A stretch of DNA of 64,000 nucleotides. It comes from Octopus vulgaris (taxonomy: Eukaryota). The translations under genes and the position numbers were made by a program. Shown one piece after another: positions 54,127-64,000 of the stretch. The first letter of the stretch is position 1; each line of letters opens with the position of its first letter. The notes under the pieces were generated by a model. The model worked only from the letters and a program-made list of their open reading frames with translations. It did not search any database and was not told the origin of the DNA. The stretch covers positions 1,302,001 to 1,366,000 of the forward strand of contig OX597833.1 of NCBI GenBank assembly GCA_951406725.2. Reading direction: 5' to 3'.

Positions 54127-54715
54127 TGATGTTGGTGATGATGAGAAGGAACAGGAAGGGTGGATGGATCGGGTGGAAGAGGAAGGGGTGGAAGAAGAAA
54201 AAGAAAGAGGAAGGGAACGGTAGTGGTAATATTGATGATGATAATTAGGGTGACGGTGATGATGATGATGATGGTGACGATGTTGGTGATGATGAGAAGG
54301 AACAGGAAGGGTGGATCGGGTGGAAGAGGAAGGGGTGGAAGAAGAAAAAGAAAGAGAAAGGGAACGGTAGTGGTAATATTGATGATGATAATTAGGGTGA
54401 CGGTGATGATGATGATGGTGACGATGTTGGTGATGATGAGAAGGAACAGGAAGGGTGGATCGGGTGGAAGAGGAAGGGGTGGAAGAAGAAAAAGAAAGAG
54501 GAAGGGAACGGTAGTGGTAATATTGATGATGATAATTAGGGTGATGGTGATGGTGATGATGGTGATGATGTTGGCGATGATGAGAAGGAACAGGAAGGGT
54601 GGATCGGGTGGAAGAGGAAGGGGTGGAAGAAGAAAAAGAAAGAGGAAGGGAACGGTAGTGGTAATATTGATGATGAAAATTAGGGTAATGGTGATGATGA
54701 TGATGGTGATGATGA
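54127..54715. repeat. Four tandem ~144-151-bp purine-rich minisatellite units within a (GAT)n zone extending to ~56240
   Basis: GAGAAGGAACAGGAAGGGTGGAT starts at 54143, 54294, 54438, 54582. Confidence 0.93.
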
Positions 54716-55975
54716 TCATGATTATGAGGAAGAGAATGAAGATGATGATAATGATGATGTTGACAACGACAACGAATATGACCTTGATGATTAGGAGGAG
54801 AAAGACAACGAAGACGATGATGATGATGATGTTGATGGTGATGATAATAATTATGATGACGACGATGACGATGATAATGGTGATAAGGATGATGATGTTG
54901 TTGTTGATGATGATGATGTTGATAAGGATGATGATGTTGTTGTTGATGATGATGATGATGTTGTTGATGATGATGATGACGATGATAATGATGATGGTGA
55001 TGATGATGACGACGACGATAATGGAGATAATGATGATGTTGGTAGTGATGATGCCGATGACGATGGCGATAATAATAATGATGATGATGATGATGATGAT
55101 GAAGATGATGATGTTGACAATGACGATGATAATAATGATGATGGTGATGATGATGATAGTAATAATAATGATGTTGATGCTGATGATGATGATGACGACG
55201 TCGACGATACGGGTGATAATGATGATGATAATGGCATTGATATTGCCAGTATCGATAATATGTATGTGGGGGTGGGGGCCCGGGGTTTGTGACGTTGTTT
55301 ATCGTCAATAAATCAATGCTTGTATTTGATGAGATATTTTATCGATCTGACGTGAATCGAACTCGCAATGTATATTACGCAAATCACGAAGGATGTTGAT
55401 AATAAACAGGTGATCAGACATCGACAGGTGTCAACAACAACGGTGATGAAGGGGGAGGGGGAGGAGGAGAAAGGAGAAAAGAGAAGAGAGAGGTGGAGGA
55501 GGAGGAGGAGAAATAGTGGGAAGGGAAGAGGGGAGAAAGTGCAGCTGCATCCGCACGACGATGACGACGATGATAAAGCCGAGGAAAATGATGACAATTA
55601 AGTTGATGATGATGATCATGGTGGTGGTAGTTGTAATTGCAGTGATTATGATGATGATGATGATGACGATAACAATGATGATGATGATACTGGTGATGAC
55701 GACGACAACGATGATGATGATGTTGATAATGATGATGATGATGATGACGATGACAACGACCATGATGATGATGATGATGGTAATAATGATGACAGTGACG
55801 ATGACGGCGACAATTGTGATGATGATGATGATGATGATGATGATGAGGAGGAGGAGGAGGAGGATGAAGATGATGATGATGATGATGATGACTATGATGA
55901 TGATGACGATGACAACGACCATAATGATGATGATGATGGTAATAATGATGACAGTGACGATGACGACGACAATTG

Positions 55976-56064
<89 letters not shown>

Positions 56065-56210
56065 TTGATCACGATGATGATGATGGTAATGATGTCGACA
56101 ACGATGATGATGATGATGATAATGAAGGTGATGACGACGGCGACGATGATGATGGTGATGATGGTGACGGTGATGACGGTGGTGACGACGAAGACGAGGA
56201 CGCTTGTTGT

Positions 56211-56242
<32 letters not shown>

Positions 56243-56566
56243 GTGCGGTGTGGTGATAAGGAGACTGGTGACGATGGTTTGTGATTATATTGATGGCACA
56301 GAAACGATAATGTTGATTATAACTAACATCAATGCCAATCCCGTAATTCCTAATGAACTTTGGCAAATTTGTATAATTACCATTCAGAATAATTAATCCC
56401 TTCGTCCTTGCATTTCTGCTTTACAAATTTCAGTCCTTGATCAACGGCCATCGTAATTTCATAATTGGTTGTTATTCTGTCGGTTACTTTTGCCGAACCG
56501 CTAGTTTATAGAAGACGAAGGGGCAATCACGAAGACGTACACATACGTAAGAACATACATACGTAC

Positions 56567-56885
56567 ATAACTTAGGTAACTTAGATACGTTTCGACCAAA
56601 GATTGGTCCAGGCAATGTCTAACTTAATAGCACCACCTGATAGGATTATTCGAATCCTGTTTAAGTCAAGTTTTGTTCAAGTAGTGAGTTCTTGTTGAGT
56701 GAGTTGTATCCAATTATGGGTGGCTTATCTGGTATTCTTTGAAGGAATCTATCTAGACTCCGTTTAAAGTTGATGGGATCCTTTTCCTCCTTGATCTCCC
56801 TCGGGACAATGTTTAATAGGGCAGGGCCTGTTAAAGAAAAGAAATTATGTTGCAGTGTACATATATGTTGTGATCTTGAATTGGA
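56567..56885 (-). mobile_element. CR1/L2-like LINE 3' end
   Basis: FFSLTGPALLNIVPREIK...FKRSLDRFLQRIPDKP, 3' UTR hairpin GACCA-ATCTT-TGGTC, short CTAAGTTA repeat tail. Confidence 0.8.
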
Positions 56886-56989
56886 TACATACATACATAC
56901 ATACATACATACATACATACATACATGCATGCAAGCATGCATGCATACATACATACATACATACATACATACATACATACATACATACA

Positions 56990-57022
<33 letters not shown>

Positions 57023-57030
57023 GCACACAT

Positions 57031-57590
57031 ACATATCAAAACCTCAATAAAACATAAGCACAACAGACCTGATATAATGATTTGGGATAGAGAAGAGAGA
57101 CTGTGTACAGTTGTGGAAATTAGCTGCCCAGTGGATGTTAAGATAAAGCTGAAGATCAGTGAAAAAGAGAATACCTACGATGAACTATTGAGGAATCTGC
57201 AGTTATCCTAGCCACATTATAAGTTCAGATTTATAGTGACACTGGGGTTTGTAATATACTGCCTAAATACTAATCTTGAGAAATTAGGCTTCTCAAAATT
57301 AGAAACCAGAAAGCTTATTCGAAGACAACAGATCCAATCCGTCACTGGAACTGTAAAAATCTGTAAAACATTCCAGAAGTTTATTAGTTAAATACATATG
57401 AACATGTCTAGATATGCAACTATATGCATGAAACGATATACATAAAATATACATACATGCATACATACATACATACATACAAGCGTAGAAAGATAACCTG
57501 TTGATGTTGTTGAATTACAAATGAAGGAACTTTGGGTCTAGGTTAGAAGCCGGCAGGAAATCTTCAAATAAAATTGAATAATTCCATACA
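57031..57590 (+). mobile_element. 3' fragment of a restriction-like-endonuclease non-LTR retrotransposon (R4/Dong-like)
   Basis: HNRPDIMIWDREERLCTVVEISCP...EKENTYDEL matches the RPD..D...E/D...K..KY..L RLE motif; homologous to 61105-62045. Confidence 0.8.
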
Positions 57591-57769
57591 TGAATACATG
57601 CATATATATACGGAAGTATATACATATGTAGTACGTATGTACATGCGTATATAGATATACGCATGTCGGCGTTGTAAAACGTAACATAATATTCACAGAA
57701 TGGAATCGGTCTTACCCAATAACGCCCACACATCAAAATTGTTGGCCATATGCCAAAATTTGAAGCCAA

Positions 57770-57846
<77 letters not shown>

Positions 57847-57883
57847 AATATCTATCTATTTACCTGTCTGTCTGTCTATCTCC

Positions 57884-58030
<147 letters not shown>

Positions 58031-58090
58031 CATATAAATTCAGGGTGAATACTCGATAAATATAAGCACCTCTATATGCCAGTTAGTGGC

Positions 58091-58265
58091 ATAGGTGAGA
58101 GGATATATGTATCAAATGAAATAAATGAAAAACGGGATACAGAGGATGTTGCGGTACATATGTTTCGAGCTTTATACAACAACTTATTCTTACATCAATG
58201 CATAATCGATATATATATATATATCTATTTACCTGTCTATCATCTGTGTGTATAAATGTAAGTTT

Positions 58266-58307
<42 letters not shown>

Positions 58308-58340
58308 TTATATATCGATTATGCATTGATGTAAGAATAA

Positions 58341-58394
<54 letters not shown>

Positions 58395-58567
58395 TATGTA
58401 AACTTATTCTTACATCAATGCATAATCGATATAAATAGATATATAATATATCGATTATGCATTGATGTAAGAATAAGTTGTTCTATAAAGCTCGAAACAT
58501 ATGTACCGCAACATCCTCTGTATCCCGTTTTTCATTTATTTCAGTTGATACATATATCCTCTCACCT
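58091..58567. repeat. Nested inverted repeats (outer arms ~120 bp, inner arms ~35 bp from the same sequence)
   Basis: 58091-58215 is the reverse complement of 58447-58567; 58311-58345 pairs with 58395-58432. Confidence 0.93.
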
Positions 58568-59770
58568 AGGTATATATGAGTGTTTGTGTATCTGTGTGTT
58601 TATGTGTGTAACTGTGTGTGTATGTGCATGTGTCCGTGTCTGTGTCTCCGTACATAATCTCAATCTTTTGAAAGTAACCGTATTCAACTAATATCTTAGC
58701 ACCGTTAATCGATTTATAACTGCAATGCATATAACGAATTTATCAAATAACAAGTAATTAACTAGTAATTAAACAATCCATAATCACGCTCAAGCAACCT
58801 TACAAAAATACAATTTAAATTTGAATATGAAAAAAATTTCAACTTTGTCACACAAAGGAAAATTTAGTTATCGTTTTTTTTACAAGCAGATTAATTACCT
58901 CCTCTTAGTAAATCAGTTTAAATTACTCTGCCACCAGGTGACGACCCTAATTTCCTTCTTTATTATACTTTATCATGGCTTTGCAACGTCCTTCAAACCA
59001 ATCGCAGCTATTTTTCTTATGTTTCTCGGATTACCTTCCAATTTGCTCCGGTTCTATTCCGTTCTTTCACAGGACCTCTTGCAAATACAAAGCTTTTTTT
59101 ACCTTCCTTTAATAACTACCCGCGTTCCTTTTATTTCTGGACCGCCGTCGCCTTTCTTTTTCCTTCCAGGCTTTTTCCTCTATCCTTCCTCCTTTTCTTC
59201 CTGAAAGAAACTCCGTTTATTCACAAGCATCGGAATTATTTTCTCCCCCTCTTCCACTATTCGTATACACCCTCTTTATTTACCGTTCCTTCTCATGGTG
59301 ACTCGCAATGAAACTCTCTCTTATCTCTTTCTCTTGATGCGTCTTTTCCCTTTTTCTTCACAATCTTCTTCCTCTTTTTCCCTTATTCTCTTCCTCCTCC
59401 ACCTCTTTGCTTCATCACCCACCTCAATCCTTAAGCAACCTTCTCTCTCACAAGGGTAGTCCGGTCCGGATATTCATAACTTGCTGTTAGTGCATTTTAC
59501 ACTAAACGTATATATTTATTATTATTATTTTGCAACTTACATAATCATCAGTATATTATTGTTATTTCAATTTTAATATTTCTATTATACGTTATTTTCT
59601 AGATGGTGTAATTTAATTGTTCAATTTGAATTGATAAAAGGTGTTTTTTTCTAATTTATATATATATATATATATATATATTATATTATATTTTGTGAAA
59701 TTTGATTTAGTATTTCTAAATTGATTTTTCCCCTGTAAGTTAGAAATAATATTCCCTCAAATAATAATAA

Positions 59771-59820
<50 letters not shown>

Positions 59821-59823
<3 letters not shown>

Positions 59824-60036
59824 CGGGAAGGTTTATGAAAATAAACAAAAGACGAAGGCAGGTGGAATACAAACAAAGAATTGTATTAGTATGGCGCTCA
59901 GGAATATACATAAAACAAGTCTTTTACGTTTCGAGCCTACGCTCTTCGACAGAAAGATACACAGAAAAGAAACACGGAGAGAAACAAGGAGAGAAAAAAA
60001 ATGCGTGCAGAAGCTAGCGAATCAACATGGCGATCT
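59821..60036 (-). mobile_element. Short Penelope-like element, same family as 24775-24978
   Basis: Close sequence match; flanked by (TA)n. Confidence 0.65.
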
Positions 60037-60068
60037 GATATATATATATACTCAAATAATAATAATAA

Positions 60069-60133
<65 letters not shown>

Positions 60134-61104
60134 GGCTACAATGTATACAGCGCCCCTACACAGATATATATATATATATGTGTATGTGTGTGTGTGTAAG
60201 TGTGTACGTGTGTGTGTGAGGGATTTTTAGTGAACATCGTCTTATTAGAGTCATACACTTTTGAAAAACACGTCAAGTTTATCAAGCAATTAAAATTGCA
60301 GTTAAGTGACTGTAGACATTCTGCACGTCACCATCTTTGGTGTGAGTCGCTCAAACTTAGTGCTGACGTATTGTCAATGATGTAAGAATTACACCATAGA
60401 AGCTGAGAATCTGATATAATTGTTCCATGGAAACGTTATTTAATTCTGGAAGCTGAAATTTGTCCAATTAATGTTAGGAATAAATTCCAAACATCCTTCG
60501 GAGTGCCAAGATGAGGGCATGCAGGTGATACGTTACTTGAGACTAAAAGACATCCTGAATTGCAAATATTGGTAGCTTTGGAATTCAGGAGAGAATCCTT
60601 TGTTTTCTTAAATAATGGTAAGAATACTCTGCAAACAGTTCTACACACCTACGTCAGGAATTACTAATTGTCAGGTACCATTCCACGCAATGAATATGAA
60701 CATGAAGTGACATTGTCGGGTTTGTGTCCAAAGACCAGTTCTTCATATCAATTAACGAAATATCAGCGAGTTCTCTCATTAACGAAATTACGTACGTATT
60801 TTCTAGAAAATATTTTGTTATCATCAAACTTGAAATATTTGGTCGTCATGTTTTTTAGATTACAATAAATAATTTAACCCACAGCGATAAAACCTTGTAA
60901 GCTAAAATCACTTTTCGTGTTTTGACTATTTTTCTGAAAGTGCTGCATCAACAGGATTAGTTCATGTAGTTGAGTCTTTTCCTCACCTGCTAATCTCCCG
61001 AAACACCTGTACTTTATATAAAGAATTAATGCCGATGTCAACATTTATTCTGAATTCTTTTTTATCCTTTCACTCTCTCCGCTTGTTTCTCTCAGTTCAC
61101 AAAT

Positions 61105-62045
61105 ATGTACGTACGTATGTCATTGCTCAGTTTTATTTCAAGATATCAAAATAGAGAAGGAGCCGGTTTCTAAACTAGATCCAACCTCCTTCATCGGAAT
61201 TTCAGCTCAACAACAGGATATTTTTTGTATATATACGAATATTTTTATGTATGTATGTATGTATGTATGCATGTATGTATGTATGTATGTATGTATGTAT
61301 GTATGTATGTATGTATGTATGTATGTATGTATGTATGTCATCGCCACAGATGAGAGAGCACGTATCCAGCATGAAGAACTTAAGCGAGCTGCGCGAAAGC
61401 GCACTGCTCGTATAGTGAATGGGGAAAGCTTGGTCTGCAATGTTTGCAGTCGTGTATGCTTGTCGAGAGCAGGGCTCATTAGCCACCAACGGAGCCGCAA
61501 ATGCAAAATATAAGTTAGTCCTAGAGCACACAATGTTCCTGAAGGTCGGCAATGGTCTTCCTCGGTCACGAGTGGACGGCCATCATCATCATCATCATGT
61601 ATGTATGTATGTGTGCAAATTTCTATGTTTTGTTTTATCTATGTACTTTCATGCATATATTTGCATATCTAGACATGCTCATATATATTTAAATGATAAA
61701 GTTCAGGAAAGTTTTACAGATTTTTACCATGCCAGTGATAGATTGGATCTGTCGCCTTCGAATTAGCTTTCTCCGTTTTGGTTTTGAGAAGCCTAATTTC
61801 TCAAGATTAGTATTTAGGCAGTGTGTTACATATCCCATTGCCACAATAAATACAGGTATAAGCCTGAAATTGTAATCTGGAAACAGTAAGTACAGATTTC
61901 TCAATAGTTCAGCGTAGATACTATTTTTTTTACTCATCTCCAGTTTCATGTTAACATCCGCTGGGCAACTGATTTCCACATCTGTACATATTTCCTCTTC
62001 TCTATCCGAAATCATTCTATCAGGTCTTATGTGCTTGTATGTATG
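61105..62045 (-). mobile_element. Second R4/Dong-like RLE LINE 3' fragment
   Basis: HIRPDRMISDREEEICTDVEISCP...KNSIYAELLRNL...KICKTFLNF*; the 3' UTR aligns with 57390-57590. Confidence 0.8.
61337..61598 (+). mobile_element. RTE-clade LINE 3' tip with (CAT)n tail, nested in the RLE element's (TATG)n
   Basis: LVCNVCSRVCLSRAGLISHQRS finger, stop, short UTR, CATCAT tail. Confidence 0.85.
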
Positions 62046-62125
62046 AATGTATCTCTCTCTCTCTCTCTGCATATGCAAATATATATGCATGAAATGCAAT
62101 ATACACACACACACATATATATATA

Positions 62126-62499
62126 CGAGCAAAACGCCCCACGTCCAATGGACGATGCTGAGTTGTCAAACATTTAAACCAAAAATTTCTCAAAACAAAT
62201 TGTCCGACCGTCCCATAGGTTTCCCCTTTGAGAAACACTGATTTAAACTAAATTTGAGACACCAGCAAAAGACGGATTTTGACTGATGTACTTACGCGTA
62301 CAAATAGACGCTCCCACAGCTTTATTGATTGCATGCTCACCTGGAATCGATTTTTGTAATTTTTTCAAGACTTATACACGCCCTGATACCGTCGGTATCT
62401 ACATATCAAATTTGAGCGCAATCGGATGCAGGATGCCCGAGATCCTAGAATACACACACAGAGACAGACAGAACAGATTTTATATATATATATATATGA
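62126..62499 (-). mobile_element. Possible non-autonomous Helitron (different family)
   Basis: Minus strand TC(ATA)n..TCTGTCTGTC..CCGATTGCGCTCAAATTTG, subterminal hairpin CGTCCA-T-TGGACG, end CTCG|T (non-canonical). Confidence 0.5.
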
Positions 62500-62898
62500 C
62501 CTCAGTCTCATGGCTAAAATATATTAAAGAATAAAAGAATATATATATATTGGAAAATGTGTGAGATCCTTGGTACAGTTTGGTATATTTGGAAAAAAAA
62601 TAATAGAATGACTTCACAGGTAGATCTATTCAGATTAAAATTATAATTTAAAAAATTTTTTAATGATATGAATTTTACACTTTAGTTCATACATCTAGTA
62701 AGTTTTTTGTTAAATTGGTTGTGGAGGTTTTTTTTTAAAAACATTCCTTAAATTTTTGGAGAACTTTCTCGCATTCGTTGTCAAATAAATATCAAGATTT
62801 GGGGCTTCGTTATATATAGAATTTCAAAGCCCCAAATCTTCAGATCTTTTTGACACCCACACAGATCGCGGTAGGATTTGCATCCCTAGACATATAGA

Positions 62899-62947
<49 letters not shown>

Positions 62948-63348
62948 GCGCATACACATGTATATATATAGAGAGAGATAAAAAGGAGAAAGATTTAGAG
63001 ATCTATCTAGCTTTCTATCTATATATGCACACACACACACAAGCGCGTACACACACACACAAACATATATATATATATATTTGTATACACACATACACAC
63101 ACGCTCATATTTATATTACCTTTTGACAGACAGTTAAAGAGATAGCTAGATACATAAAGAGATAAATAGATAACTATATCGATAAGCGTATTTATAGCTG
63201 AAGAGATTGATGACATGATAAATCGATGTATAGATTGGATCAAATCCAAGCTGCAAAATTAAGTACTTAAATAGAGCAATGCGGATTTATGGATATGTGA
63301 AGATATAATTGGATATATTGATGCACATGCGCATGTAAATGTATGTAC

Positions 63349-63402
<54 letters not shown>

Positions 63403-63493
63403 TTACTTGGAAATAGATGCGTGGCGTTCAATCATATAATATAGATTATATATATTATAATCATAATAACATTAGGGAATATAATATATACTC

Positions 63494-63552
<59 letters not shown>

Positions 63553-63739
63553 CTTATATACATATATAGATATATACTTATATACATATATAGATATATA
63601 CTTATATACATATATAGATATATACTTATATACATACACACACACATATATTATATATATGTATATTTATACACATGTACATATACATATATATACATAG
63701 ATATATATACACACACACACACATATATATATATAAATA

Positions 63740-63771
<32 letters not shown>

Positions 63772-64000
63772 GGTACAGGACGTCCCCTACAGCAAACAAC
63801 ATGAAATACGAAAACAAATAAGTTCAATGCACAAACAACGCGAGAAAGGTCGACGGTAGAGAGTACGTGTAGACTGTGTTGACAGTCGTGTCTGTGCTGA
63901 TATAGTAATTATACTGTGATACTGAGAAGACGTTATAACGATCCAACCTTTTGCAGATAACAACACTATACGACTGGGGTGGGGGAGATCATACACTGCT

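Overview
Repeat-saturated, AT-rich animal genomic DNA, most likely an octopus (coleoid cephalopod). That assignment is inferred from the SINE families and the extreme microsatellite load. Almost all ORFs in the supplied track are translations of microsatellites or SINEs. The one host gene I can support is the 5' part of a soluble guanylate cyclase beta-1 subunit (GUCY1B1-like, H-NOX domain) on the + strand. It consists of a putative ATG-terminated 5' exon (25860-25993) and coding exons at 32057-32130, 38284-38384 and 38538->38816. The last exon is cut by a 100-N scaffold gap, and I found no further exons after it. The rest of the window contains four tRNA-derived SINE families, RTE, CR1-like, L1/Tx1-like and restriction-like-endonuclease (R4/Dong-like) LINE fragments, two DD37D (maT) transposon relics, non-autonomous Helitrons, a Tigger-like MITE, Penelope-like short elements and several long palindromes. 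The most interesting observations are a minimal type-I hammerhead ribozyme fold antisense in an sGC intron, tandem SINE multimers with one shared junction at four loci, an RLE LINE associated with (CATA)n, and near-perfect fold-backs, one of them intronic. I see no clear-cut new multi-gene system. All family names come from motif recognition, not database searches.
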